A DNA stretch of 50,809 bases. It comes from a phage. Where the stretch lies: sequence record NC_136442.1. The stretch is one strand, 5' to 3'. Positions within the stretch are counted from its first letter, which is position 1. Each line of letters begins with the position of its first letter. The translations under genes were made by a program, and so were the position numbers. This document shows, piece after piece, positions 1 through 8,914 of this stretch. Below the pieces are notes generated by a model. That model was given only the letters and a program-made list of their open reading frames with translations. It did not search any database and was not told the DNA's origin.

Positions 1-127
1 CGGCGGTATCACTATCGACTCTATCGCAGAGCTTGAGGATATTGACGGCAAAGGTACGAAAGGTTGCTTGGTTTACGAAAAAGATCCAATGAACATGAGC
101 ATTGAGATTCCAGAAGCGTTTAACATG
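1..127. repeat. terminal duplication, identical to 50683-50809 (circular closure or assembly overlap)
   Basis: Exact 127-nt identity between window start and end, read directly. Confidence 0.95.
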
Positions 128-247
128 CTTCCGGCGCAGCCAAAAGACCTGCATTTCAAGGTTCCTTGCACTTCCAAGTGTACTGGCCTTACGATTTATC
201 GTCCGTTTACGATGGTGCTCATTACCGGCTTGAAAAAAGCTGAGTAA
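1..247 (+). CDS. major capsid protein, C-terminal part (in-frame continuation of 49958..50809 across the junction; stop TAA 245-247)
   Basis: Frame continuity through the duplicated junction; position between head proteins and head-tail connector genes. Confidence 0.7.
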   Translation, partial: GGITIDSIAELEDIDGKGTKGCLVYEKDPMNMSIEIPEAFNMLPAQPKDLHFKVPCTSKCTGLTIYRPFTMVLITGLKKAE

Positions 248-258
248 TTAGATAACAT

Positions 259-287
259 GGGGAGCCTTAAGGGTTCCCCTTTTTTAT
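259..287 (+). terminator. intrinsic terminator after major capsid gene
   Basis: GGGGAGCC-TTAA-GGGTTCCCC hairpin followed by TTTTTTATTT. Confidence 0.7.
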
Positions 288-303
288 TTATGGAGTACAC
301 AAA

Positions 304-570
304 ATGAGCAAAAATTTAAAACTTAAAGTAACTGGCGTTTGCATGATTATTATGGACGGTAAGCGTTATCATCCTGGTGATGAAATTGAAATTGAATCTG
401 AACGCATTAATGATTCCGCAGTTGAATACCTGATCGCTCGCGGTGATGTGGAAGTTAAAGACAATTCCGAAATTAACGAGCAAATCAAGGCGAAAGCGGA
501 GAAGAAGCGCAAAAAAGATCCTACCGAGGGCAAGAGCCGCAAAGAGCTAGAGGACGGCGGCGAATATTAA
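304..570 (+). CDS. hypothetical protein (88 aa, lysine-rich C-terminus)
   Basis: ORF with GGAG RBS 8 nt upstream; located in head/neck module. Confidence 0.6.
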   Translation: MSKNLKLKVTGVCMIIMDGKRYHPGDEIEIESERINDSAVEYLIARGDVEVKDNSEINEQIKAKAEKKRKKDPTEGKSRKELEDGGEY

Positions 571-616
571 TAATTGGGGCGCTTATGCGCCCTTTGTCAC
601 ATCTGGAGAAAACAAA

Positions 617-1036
617 ATGGTAGATGAATTTTACACAGACGCTGAAATCATGCAGCAAATCGTAAAGTTAGCGCCGCCAATGCAACAAGTTGATCCCGAT
701 TTAATTGTGGCATGGATTGAGCTTGCTAAAGAATTTGTTTGCAAAAAACGGTTTAAAAACTCATACCCGAAAGCGGTTGCGCTTTACACTCTTCACCTTA
801 TGACCTTAGACGGGGCAATGAAACAGGAAGGTGAAAGCGTAGAAAGCTATTCCCGCCGCGTTTCCTCGTTCACTCTGACTGGTGAGTTTAGTCAGACGTT
901 TGATCGAATTTCTTCCGATACAAGCGGAAAGCAGATCCGACAAACGCCGTGGGGCAAAATGTACGAAGTGTTAAACCGTAAGCACGGTGGCGGCTTTGGC
1001 CTTGTGACTGGATTGCGCCGGAGATGCTGCCGATGA
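617..1036 (+). CDS. head-tail connector protein (gp6-like adaptor)
   Basis: 139-aa ORF, GGAG RBS, size and position typical of siphovirus head-tail adaptor. Confidence 0.55.
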   Translation: MVDEFYTDAEIMQQIVKLAPPMQQVDPDLIVAWIELAKEFVCKKRFKNSYPKAVALYTLHLMTLDGAMKQEGESVESYSRRVSSFTLTGEFSQTFDRISSDTSGKQIRQTPWGKMYEVLNRKHGGGFGLVTGLRRRCCR

Positions 1037-1404
1037 ACTACAATGAGATTGCAAGAATGGCTACTGCTGGGATTAAATTTTTCAGCGACGCTAACGGTAT
1101 GTTTAAGTGCATCACGCAGCAGGGAGGGGTTGAGATTATCGGCGGGGAGGAAGTTACCAAGCCGGAGATTTCAGTGATGATAAAGGGGCTTGTTAGATCT
1201 CCGAGGACTAGAGAGGTTGACGGTGAAACAATCCGAGTAACCGACAAGTTGGGGATATTCACCAATGAAACTGAGATCAAAAATGGTTATCAGATTGAAA
1301 TTGATGGCGAACGTTATGTTGTCGTTGAAGCAAGACCAGTCAGGCAGACTAACATCACGGCGGCTTATCGTCCGATATTAAGGAGGATTGCTGTGCATGG
1401 CTGA
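1033..1404 (+). CDS. putative head-tail joining / head closure protein
   Basis: ATGA start-stop overlap with upstream gene; neck module synteny. Confidence 0.5.
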   Translation: MNYNEIARMATAGIKFFSDANGMFKCITQQGGVEIIGGEEVTKPEISVMIKGLVRSPRTREVDGETIRVTDKLGIFTNETEIKNGYQIEIDGERYVVVEARPVRQTNITAAYRPILRRIAVHG

Positions 1405-1840
1405 TAATTATAAGATCAGGGAATTTCACGGTGATATAAGCAGGTGGATTGATTCAGTAAGCAGCGGCCTTGTTGATTGCGTTGAAATGTTCGCGACAAA
1501 CGTCCACGAGGATCTTGTAAATCGCTCGCCAGTTGATACGGGCCGATATAAAGCCAACTGGCAGATAACAGCAAACAAGCCGCCGCTATATGCGCTCAAC
1601 CAATACGATCGCGATGGTGGTAAAACCATTGCAGAAGGTAAGCGAGCAATATATGCAATCATGCGTGGCGGTGGCGCGGTGCGGTCAATCTATTTTTCAA
1701 ACATGCTCATTTACGCCAACGCGCTTGAATACGGGCATTCAAAACAAGCGCCGTCAGGCGTACTTGGAATCGTGGCGGTAAAGCTGCGATCTTATATGGC
1801 TAAGGCAATAAAGGATTCGAGGGCAAAAAATGCACTATGA
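1397..1840 (+). CDS. HK97 gp10-like neck/tail component
   Basis: C-terminal NMLIYANALEYGHS resembles the HK97 gp10 family signature; AGGAGG RBS upstream. Confidence 0.55.
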   Translation: MADNYKIREFHGDISRWIDSVSSGLVDCVEMFATNVHEDLVNRSPVDTGRYKANWQITANKPPLYALNQYDRDGGKTIAEGKRAIYAIMRGGGAVRSIYFSNMLIYANALEYGHSKQAPSGVLGIVAVKLRSYMAKAIKDSRAKNAL

Positions 1841-2231
1841 TTTAATGTTGGCGGCAAGAAAGGCGCTGGCGGCTGAATATGAATCACAATTTAAGATAGC
1901 CTATGAAAACGTTGATTTTGTGCCGCCTGGAGATGGTTCTATGTGGTTAAAATTTAACTACATGGAAGCAGACACGGATCGCATATCTCTTGATAGAAAA
2001 TGTGTTTCTTATATCGGTTTGGTTCAGGTTGGGATTGTTATTCCTCCTGGCGGTGGCACTGATAAAGCGCGTTTGCTGGCTAAAGAGATTGCGAGATTTT
2101 TCTATGATGGTAGAATGCTTGAAACTGGCTATATTAGCGAGGGGGCAAACGTCCACGCATTACTAAAAAGTGAAACAGGTTGGTTCTTGCCGATCCGTTT
2201 CAGTGTTAGGCTTGATACAAAGGAGGAATAA
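1830..2231 (+). CDS. putative tail terminator / tail completion protein
   Basis: 133-aa ORF immediately upstream of major tail gene; synteny. Confidence 0.5.
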   Translation: MHYDLMLAARKALAAEYESQFKIAYENVDFVPPGDGSMWLKFNYMEADTDRISLDRKCVSYIGLVQVGIVIPPGGGTDKARLLAKEIARFFYDGRMLETGYISEGANVHALLKSETGWFLPIRFSVRLDTKEE

Positions 2232-2233
2232 TC

Positions 2234-2896
2234 ATGCACTTGCCTAATGGTTCTCAAATTTTCATCGGCGTTAATATGGGTGATCCGATTCAGGCTACGG
2301 CTATTTCAAATGCTGATGATCCTGTTTTTACTACTGACAATACTCAAAATATTGAGAAGGGCGCTTATGTTCTTATTGAAACATCTTCCTGGGGAAAACT
2401 TGTTAGTCGAGTCCTTCGAGTAAAGGAAGTAACTAGCAATCAAAGTGTTACTCTTGAGGGTGTAAGCACGAAAGACACCAATGTGTTTCCTGCTGGTTCT
2501 AATACAGCAACCTTCCGAGAAGTAAAATCATGGGTAGAGATTCCTTGCGTACAGGATCTTGCGCAGGACGGCGGCGAGCAACAGTATTACACTTATCAGT
2601 GTTTGGCTGACGACCAGGAGCAGCAGTTACCGACCTATAAGAGCGCCGTTTCTCTTACCTACACTTTCGCGCATGAATATGATAATCCGATTTATCCGAT
2701 CTTACGCGAGGCTGAGGAATCCGGCGACGTAACCGCTTTGCGTATGTACGTTCCGAAAGCTAAAGAGATGCGTTGCTGGGCTGGCGTATTGTCTTTTAAT
2801 GACATTCCGCAAACCACTATGAACGAAATGGAAACTGTTTCCCTTTCCGTATCTCTGAAAGGTCGATTCACGTTCTTACCTTCTGACGTTAAGTAA
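2234..2896 (+). CDS. major tail protein
   Basis: Strong RBS AAGGAGGA, 220 aa, followed by strong terminator, immediately upstream of the G/GT chaperone and tape measure. Confidence 0.7.
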   Translation: MHLPNGSQIFIGVNMGDPIQATAISNADDPVFTTDNTQNIEKGAYVLIETSSWGKLVSRVLRVKEVTSNQSVTLEGVSTKDTNVFPAGSNTATFREVKSWVEIPCVQDLAQDGGEQQYYTYQCLADDQEQQLPTYKSAVSLTYTFAHEYDNPIYPILREAEESGDVTALRMYVPKAKEMRCWAGVLSFNDIPQTTMNEMETVSLSVSLKGRFTFLPSDVK

Positions 2897-2901
2897 AACA
2901 A

Positions 2902-2922
2902 GGGGCGTTGCGCCCCTTTTTT
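2902..2922. terminator. bidirectional intrinsic terminator after major tail gene
   Basis: GGGGCGTTGCGCCCC hairpin flanked by A-run upstream and T-run downstream. Confidence 0.8.
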
Positions 2923-2962
2923 CATTCCTGTAAAATCAATCTATCAAATAAATTAATTCCAC

Positions 2963-2981
2963 TTTTAACAAAAAGTGCTAT
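2963..2981 (-). promoter_or_regulatory. 20-nt family motif in reverse orientation (TTTTAACAAAAAGTGCTAT) abutting the RBS of the tail chaperone gene
   Basis: Motif read directly; followed immediately by AAGGAG and ATG 2996. Confidence 0.6.
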
Positions 2982-2995
2982 AAGGAGATCTTGAG

Positions 2996-3313
2996 ATGGC
3001 AAAGATGAAACTAACGTTAGGCCCACTGCCTGATTTTAAACTGCCTGTTTCTTTCGTGCTTCCAAATGGTGATGAGCAAGTTATTGTTTTCACTGTGCGC
3101 CACAAGAAGGCAAGCGAGATTCACGAACGATACACGGCAGAAAAGCCGATGAGCGACGTAGAAATGATCACCTTCCTTGCTTCCGGTTGGGATCTGGAAG
3201 ATGAATTTAACGAGGAAAACGTTGCTAAATTGCTGGATTATTACCCTTCTGCGTCATTATCGCTGACTGGTCATTATATGAAAGCACTTGCGGGGCAGCG
3301 GGTAAAAAACTAA
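2996..3313 (+). CDS. tail assembly chaperone G
   Basis: 105-aa ORF between major tail and tape measure genes, ending in a slippery heptamer. Confidence 0.75.
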   Translation: MAKMKLTLGPLPDFKLPVSFVLPNGDEQVIVFTVRHKKASEIHERYTAEKPMSDVEMITFLASGWDLEDEFNEENVAKLLDYYPSASLSLTGHYMKALAGQRVKN

Positions 3314-3630
3314 AGCGGGCGGTTTACCTGTTTTACCTCAAGCCGCCAACTGACGCACAATTAGAGGCCGTCGGCCTATCCCGTTCAGACTACGAAGGGG
3401 AGGAGCCGCCGGAGGTAATTTTTGATGAATCAATGTTTCAATCTTGGGATCTGTTTTGCGCTATGCAGACGCAATGGAGATCGACTAGCGGCAGCGTGTA
3501 TGGGTTCGACTATAACGTTTTGCCTATGCTTTTTGACATTTACAAGATTGATGATCGGGAGATGGCGCTAAATGATTTGCGCATCATGGAACAAAAGGCG
3601 CTAGAAATGATTCATTCAAACAAAACATAA
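2996..3630 (+). CDS. tail assembly chaperone G-T fusion produced by -1 frameshift at 3304-3310
   Basis: -1 frame (KKLKRAVYLF...MFQSWDLF...) contiguous with listed ORF 3433..3630; conserved G/GT arrangement upstream of tape measure. Confidence 0.65.
3304..3310 (+). other. programmed -1 ribosomal frameshift site (slippery heptamer A AAA AAC)
   Basis: X XXY YYZ heptamer at the end of G; the -1 frame is open from 3304 to 3630 with no stop. Confidence 0.7.
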
Positions 3631-3650
3631 GCGCCGCGAGGCGCTTTTTT
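3629..3650 (+). terminator. intrinsic terminator / attenuator after GT
   Basis: AAGCGCC-GCGA-GGCGCTT hairpin plus TTTTTT. Confidence 0.65.
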
Positions 3651-3669
3651 AATATCTGGAGGTTTTAAA

Positions 3670-6351
3670 ATGGCTGAAAAATACGCTGGCCTAACGCTAG
3701 GCGTTGACGTGTCGCAGGTCAACAATGCTGTTAAATCATTGCAGCAATTCAAGAAGGCAAACGACGACGCAAAAAAAAGCGTTAATGAATTTGTTGATTC
3801 TGAGGTTGTGGCCCGACAGCAAGCAAAACAGCTTGCAGAAGAACTGGCGCGCCAGAAAGCAGAATTTAAGAAAATCCAGGAGTCAATTGATCCCACCGCA
3901 TCAAAGATGGATAAGCTGAGAAAGGCAGCGACACAGCTTGATGCGCTATGGAAAAAGGGCGTTGTTCCTGATCAGACTTTTTTTGAGCTTGGGGCAATTC
4001 TTGAGACGCAGCAAAACAAGCTGATCGCAACCAAAAAAGCGATGACAGAGGAAGGCCGCGCGGCGCTTGAGGAATCAAAGAACAAGGCGCGTGCAGCGGA
4101 AGAGGCTAAAAAATTCGTCCAGGCTTTGCGTGAACAGGAAGAAGCAGCAGGAAAAAGCAAGTCTGAATTGCTGGAAATGAAAGCGGCACAGCTTGGAGTT
4201 AGCCAGGAGGCAGCACCTTACATCGCAAGGATGAAAGAGCAGGAAAAGCAGATCCAGAAACTTGGTATTTCTACAGGCCAATACAAACAAGCAATGCAGC
4301 AATTGCCAATGCAGATCACAGACGTGGTGACTTCACTTGCTTCTGGTATGCCCGTTTGGTTGGTCGCAGTCCAGCAGGGTGGACAGATCAAGGATTCTTT
4401 TGGTGGTGCATCCAATGCTTTAAAAGCGTTGCTATCTTTCCTGAATCCGGTAAACGTGGCGTTTGGTTTGCTTTCCGGCACGCTGGCAATTGCTGCATAT
4501 AATGCCCACAAAGCACAGACAGAGCTTGAGGCAATTAAAAAAACCGTTCAGGAAACAACTGGCTTGAGTGGTGAGTTTGCCGAAAAGATTGCTATAGGAA
4601 TCCAGGAGCTTTCCGACAAGACAGGCGAAAGCGCCGAAGATCTGGCAAAGGCTTACATAACAACGAAAGACGGCGCGAGCGAGGCGATTAAAAAACTGGT
4701 TGACGTTGGAATGACTTATGATGACGCAAAAAAGAAAGTCAACGAGTACAAGGGCGCGTCTAGCTTTGTCAGCTTGAATAACGAAATTGCAAACCACAAA
4801 AACAAAGTCCTTGAGCTGGGCGAGTCGTGGTATGAAGTTTTGAAAGCTAAGCGTGATTACGCTTCCCCGTCCGGCGGCCTGTTAGGTAAAGAGCTTGGAT
4901 ATGTTAATCCTATGCTTAAGTTTGCACTTAACACTTATGAAGACATTGGAAAGGTCGTAAAAGATGCGAATAAGGACATGGCGGAGCGAGCGGAGCGAAT
5001 CGACAAAGAAAACCTGTCATTAAACAGAGTGAGAGCGGCGCAAGAGGCTTTAAACAAAGCCATTGAGGATCAGAAGGGCGTGGCGCGTTCGGCTGATGAA
5101 GAACTGAAAAAGCGCGCGGCTGAAAACGTGGAGTTCAGACGCAAAGAGCTTGAGGAGATCAAGAAGCAGGAGCAGAAAAAGAAAGAGGCTAAAGGGGGAA
5201 TAGTTCGCGGCCCTACTGAGCAGCTTGATAAAGAGTTGTACGTTTTAAAAGCTCAACTGGAAACTCTTAAAGAGCATCGCACTGTTAACGATGTTATTTC
5301 TCGCCAGCGTAAATCTTTATGGAGCATCGAAAAGCAGATCGAGATCCTGGAGAATGCGCAGAGCAAGCGTAAATTGACCGGAGCGGAACAGGCGCTACTA
5401 AGCGAGCAAAAAGCCGTTCTTGAAATGGCAAGACAAAAAGCGGAGCTAGGGGATCAGATTGTTTTGCAGGAGCGCAAAAACAAACTGGAGCAAGATAGTC
5501 TTAAGTTTATCCGTGAAACGGAGGCGGCTATTGATGCGATTGGCCTTAAGCAACTTGGCTACACTGAAAAGCAGATCGAGCGTGAGCTAGAGTTACGCAA
5601 GCTGCGCACCGACTACGAGGCGCAAGGCGGAAGCGTTAGCGACGAAGTTTTTCAGCAAATGGAGACGAAACTTAAGCTGTATTACCAGGCACAAGACGAG
5701 GCGCAAGGCAACTGGTTAGCCGGAGCAAAGAACGCATGGGAGCTATTCGCGGAAGATGCAAACAATGCCTATGGCAATGTTCAGCAGATTGCAAGCGAGG
5801 CGTTAAACGGCCTTACAAACCAATTAGCGAATTTTATCGCTACTGGCAAGGCAAACTTTAAAGACTTCTCGACGGCTATCATCAAAATGATTATTCAGAT
5901 GATCACGAAAATGGTTGTCTTTAATGCGTTATCTGGCCTGATGGGTGGTCAAACCTGGACGATGGGGAGCTTGCTTAAGAATATTGGCGGATTTGCTGGC
6001 GGTGGATACACTGGCGACGGCGGGAAGTATGAGCCAGCCGGAATTGTTCATAAGGGTGAATTTGTCATGACGAAGGAGGCAACGCAGCGTATCGGAGTAG
6101 GCAACTTGTACCGCATGATGCGAGGCTATGCTAACGGCGGCGTTGTTGGTGGTTCCGGCTATACTGGCGGTGGCACTGTCACTGGTGGAGCACCTCAATT
6201 TAACATCGGTGGGATTGATGTTAGCATCAATAACGGCAATGATCCGAAGGGTATCGAAACTGGTGTTAAGATGATCTTTACTGATATGATTAGACGTTCC
6301 TGTATGCAGGGCGGGGAGGTTTACGAATTTGTTATGAGCAAGCGAGGTTGA
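3670..6351 (+). CDS. tail tape measure protein
   Basis: 893 aa, long coiled-coil-rich ORF with glycine-rich C-terminus, directly after G/GT. Confidence 0.85.
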   Translation: MAEKYAGLTLGVDVSQVNNAVKSLQQFKKANDDAKKSVNEFVDSEVVARQQAKQLAEELARQKAEFKKIQESIDPTASKMDKLRKAATQLDALWKKGVVPDQTFFELGAILETQQNKLIATKKAMTEEGRAALEESKNKARAAEEAKKFVQALREQEEAAGKSKSELLEMKAAQLGVSQEAAPYIARMKEQEKQIQKLGISTGQYKQAMQQLPMQITDVVTSLASGMPVWLVAVQQGGQIKDSFGGASNALKALLSFLNPVNVAFGLLSGTLAIAAYNAHKAQTELEAIKKTVQETTGLSGEFAEKIAIGIQELSDKTGESAEDLAKAYITTKDGASEAIKKLVDVGMTYDDAKKKVNEYKGASSFVSLNNEIANHKNKVLELGESWYEVLKAKRDYASPSGGLLGKELGYVNPMLKFALNTYEDIGKVVKDANKDMAERAERIDKENLSLNRVRAAQEALNKAIEDQKGVARSADEELKKRAAENVEFRRKELEEIKKQEQKKKEAKGGIVRGPTEQLDKELYVLKAQLETLKEHRTVNDVISRQRKSLWSIEKQIEILENAQSKRKLTGAEQALLSEQKAVLEMARQKAELGDQIVLQERKNKLEQDSLKFIRETEAAIDAIGLKQLGYTEKQIERELELRKLRTDYEAQGGSVSDEVFQQMETKLKLYYQAQDEAQGNWLAGAKNAWELFAEDANNAYGNVQQIASEALNGLTNQLANFIATGKANFKDFSTAIIKMIIQMITKMVVFNALSGLMGGQTWTMGSLLKNIGGFAGGGYTGDGGKYEPAGIVHKGEFVMTKEATQRIGVGNLYRMMRGYANGGVVGGSGYTGGGTVTGGAPQFNIGGIDVSINNGNDPKGIETGVKMIFTDMIRRSCMQGGEVYEFVMSKRG

Positions 6352-6704
6352 TAATGAGGCTGGATCAGTTTAAGTGGTGTACACAGGTTCAGAACGGCGG
6401 CGGGGCAATGACGTCATCGAATAACGATCGAGAGATTGCATTCGGTAACGGATACACACAGGTAGCATCTGGAGGTTTTAACACAATCCGGCGAGAGTTT
6501 AGCATTGTTTACGCTGGGCTTGATTACAGAGATGTTGTCAAGTTCCTGAATGAGCACAGGCTAAAGCCTTTCTTGTGGATCATGCCTGATGGAAGCCCTG
6601 GATTGTTCAGGGTGAAAAGCGGCAGCGTCGGCCTTACTCCACTGTCGCCAACCGTTCAGGAAGTAAAAGCCACTTTTACGGAGCAATTTACATCAATGCA
6701 ATAA
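6348..6704 (+). CDS. minor tail protein (lambda M-like)
   Basis: 118 aa, ATGA overlap with tape measure stop; M-L-K-I-J synteny. Confidence 0.6.
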   Translation: MIMRLDQFKWCTQVQNGGGAMTSSNNDREIAFGNGYTQVASGGFNTIRREFSIVYAGLDYRDVVKFLNEHRLKPFLWIMPDGSPGLFRVKSGSVGLTPLSPTVQEVKATFTEQFTSMQ

Positions 6705-6708
6705 TTTA

Positions 6709-6733
6709 AAGCCGCCTTTGTGCGGCTTTTTTC
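6709..6733 (+). terminator. intrinsic terminator
   Basis: AAGCCGC-CTTTGT-GCGGCTT hairpin plus TTTTTC. Confidence 0.6.
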
Positions 6734-6766
6734 TTGATGTTACAATGAGCAAAAAGGAGGTAGAAA

Positions 6767-7528
6767 ATGGCTAATAAAGAATCAGGTAGAGTTGAATTTG
6801 AGAACTGCCTACAAAGTTTGTACCCAGGAGAAATTATAACGCTTGTAGAGATTGACGGGACGAAGTTCGGGGCAAATATTTACCGATTTCACAATGAGAA
6901 CATTTCTTATACTGCCGAAGAATTAATGCAAGCGCAGCAAACCGGAATCTTGCCGCCGAAAGATATTATTTTTCAGGGTGAGGTTTACGGAGCGCGGCCT
7001 TTCGGTGTGAGCGGGATTAACTTCACAAGTAACGGCAGGGCAGATAAGCCTCAACTTATAGTGTCAAACCTTGACAGCAGGGTTAGCGCCATGATCAGAA
7101 ATTACAATGGCATGATGCAAGCAAAGGTGACTTTCTGGATTACGGCAAAGGAATTTATAGGAGAAGACGGAGCAATCAAAGATGGCGCTTACAGAAAATT
7201 GGTTTATTACATTGAGCGCCCAAGCCAGTATAATAGAGAGGTGGCGAAATTTGATCTGACGTCGCCTTACGATATGGATGGACTGATGATCCCGCCGCGC
7301 ATCACTCAAAGCGTTTGCTATTGGGCGCAAAGGGGGTGGTACAGGAGCGGAAAGGGTTGCTCTTATAACGGATCGGCAATGTTCGATAAAGACAATAAGC
7401 CAGTAACAGATCCATCGCAAGACTATTGCGCAGGAACTGTAACGGCTTGCAAATTGAGATTCGGTCAGCAAAACGAGTTGGATTTCGGCGGTTGCGCGGT
7501 GGCGTCACTGCTACGGAGGAATCAATAA
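6767..7528 (+). CDS. minor tail protein L-like
   Basis: 253 aa, strong RBS AAGGAGG, position after M-like gene. Confidence 0.65.
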   Translation: MANKESGRVEFENCLQSLYPGEIITLVEIDGTKFGANIYRFHNENISYTAEELMQAQQTGILPPKDIIFQGEVYGARPFGVSGINFTSNGRADKPQLIVSNLDSRVSAMIRNYNGMMQAKVTFWITAKEFIGEDGAIKDGAYRKLVYYIERPSQYNREVAKFDLTSPYDMDGLMIPPRITQSVCYWAQRGWYRSGKGCSYNGSAMFDKDNKPVTDPSQDYCAGTVTACKLRFGQQNELDFGGCAVASLLRRNQ

Positions 7529-8259
7529 TGATTAGTGCAAAAATTAAACTTGAAATAATGCAGCACGTTAAAGAGGAATACCCTAAAGAGGCTTGCGGCG
7601 TCATAACTCAAAAGTCACGGGTACAGAAATATCACCGCATAACCAACGTGCATGACGATCCAGAAAATCATTTTGAAATGGACGCCGTAGAATACGCTGA
7701 ATCGCTCGACAAAGGCGAATTAATCGCGGTGGTGCATTCCCATTGCGGGGATGGTGCTAGTACGATACCGAGCGCGCACGACTCATGTATGTGCGATGAA
7801 ATGGGTGTGTCGTGGATTATAGTTTCATGGCCCGAAGGTGATATGAGAATTGTCGAGCCGCAGGAAAGGCCGCTTATCGGTCGCCCGTGGTCGCTGGGGT
7901 CGTTCGATTGCTGGGGTCTTATCATGGCGTGGCATAAACAGCACGGAGTAGTATTGAATGACTTCCGAAAACCTTACGAGTGGTGGAAGTCAGAATATGG
8001 TGAAAATCTTTACCAGGATAATTATTTGAAAGAGGGATTTGTTGAAACTAACGAGCCTCCAAAACCTGGTGATATGGTGATTATGCAACTATCATCGCCA
8101 GTCTGGAATCATGCGGGGATTTATTTGGGTAACAACCAGCTATTACATCATGCGTTTGGAAAGCTATCTCGCATCGACTTGTATTCTGGATGGTATCAGG
8201 AGCACACTGTAAAAATTTGCCGACATAAGGATCTGAAATATGACATTGAAAGTAATTAA
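7528..8259 (+). CDS. tail assembly protein K-like (JAB/MPN plus NlpC/P60-like domains)
   Basis: HSHCGDG motif (JAMM-like) and Cys/His C-terminal domain; start chosen at MISAK with GGAGGA RBS and TAATG overlap. Confidence 0.7.
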   Translation: MISAKIKLEIMQHVKEEYPKEACGVITQKSRVQKYHRITNVHDDPENHFEMDAVEYAESLDKGELIAVVHSHCGDGASTIPSAHDSCMCDEMGVSWIIVSWPEGDMRIVEPQERPLIGRPWSLGSFDCWGLIMAWHKQHGVVLNDFRKPYEWWKSEYGENLYQDNYLKEGFVETNEPPKPGDMVIMQLSSPVWNHAGIYLGNNQLLHHAFGKLSRIDLYSGWYQEHTVKICRHKDLKYDIESN

Positions 8260-8836
8260 GCTATCTGGTTCCCTGGGTCGTAGATTTGGCGTCTTTCACA
8301 AAATGGCGGTTGACTCATACCCCGAAGCAATACGCGCGTTATCTTCCCAGGTTGAAGGGTTCAAGGACTACATGCAAAGCGAAGTAGGATCGCGAATGAA
8401 GTATGCTGTATTCGTTGATGGAAAAAACGTTGGTCAGCATGATGAAAAATCATGGAAGTGCGCGCGAGAGGTTCGAATAGTTCCTGTTCCAACTGGTTCT
8501 AAGTCCGGCGGCCTGTTCAATGTTGTTTTTGGTGCTGTAATTATGGCTACTGCGTTCATTACTGGCGGTGCAAGCCTGGCGGCTATGGGCGCTTTTGCAT
8601 CTTCCGCATTTATGATGGGTGGTGCTATCGCGCTTGGCGGTGTCATGCAAATGATCTCGCCGCAGCAGGGCGGAATGAAACTGCAAAGCCAATCAGCAGA
8701 AAATAAGCCTTCTTACGCTTTCGGAGGCGCAGTAAATACCACGGCGGCAGGTTATCCGGTTCCTTTGCCATATGGATATAGGACAGTAGGCGGCGCGATT
8801 TGGTCGGCTGGCAGCTACGCAGAAGATAAAGCATAA
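8240..8836 (+). CDS. tail assembly protein I-like
   Basis: 198 aa, glycine/alanine-rich hydrophobic C-terminal half, overlaps end of K. Confidence 0.65.
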   Translation: MTLKVIKLSGSLGRRFGVFHKMAVDSYPEAIRALSSQVEGFKDYMQSEVGSRMKYAVFVDGKNVGQHDEKSWKCAREVRIVPVPTGSKSGGLFNVVFGAVIMATAFITGGASLAAMGAFASSAFMMGGAIALGGVMQMISPQQGGMKLQSQSAENKPSYAFGGAVNTTAAGYPVPLPYGYRTVGGAIWSAGSYAEDKA

Positions 8837-8843
8837 AAAAATA

Positions 8844-8866
8844 CCCGCCTTGCGCGGGTTTTTTTG
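8844..8866 (+). terminator. intrinsic terminator after I
   Basis: ACCCGCC-TTGC-GCGGGT hairpin plus TTTTTTT. Confidence 0.8.
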
Positions 8867-8914
8867 TGCCTTTATAATGTGCAAACCAAGAAACAGCACA
8901 AAAGGTTAAAAGTC

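Noticed and set aside
1038-1280. Minus-strand ORF of 80 aa inside the head-tail joining gene
   Set aside because: Antisense to a well-supported structural gene, no RBS, low-complexity Ser/Leu/Ile-rich product; most likely a chance ORF.
3612-4797. Series of minus-strand and alternate-frame ORFs (62-121 aa) inside the tape measure gene
   Set aside because: All lie within the 893-aa tape measure reading frame region, lack RBS, and have Cys/Phe/Leu-rich composition typical of antisense noise.
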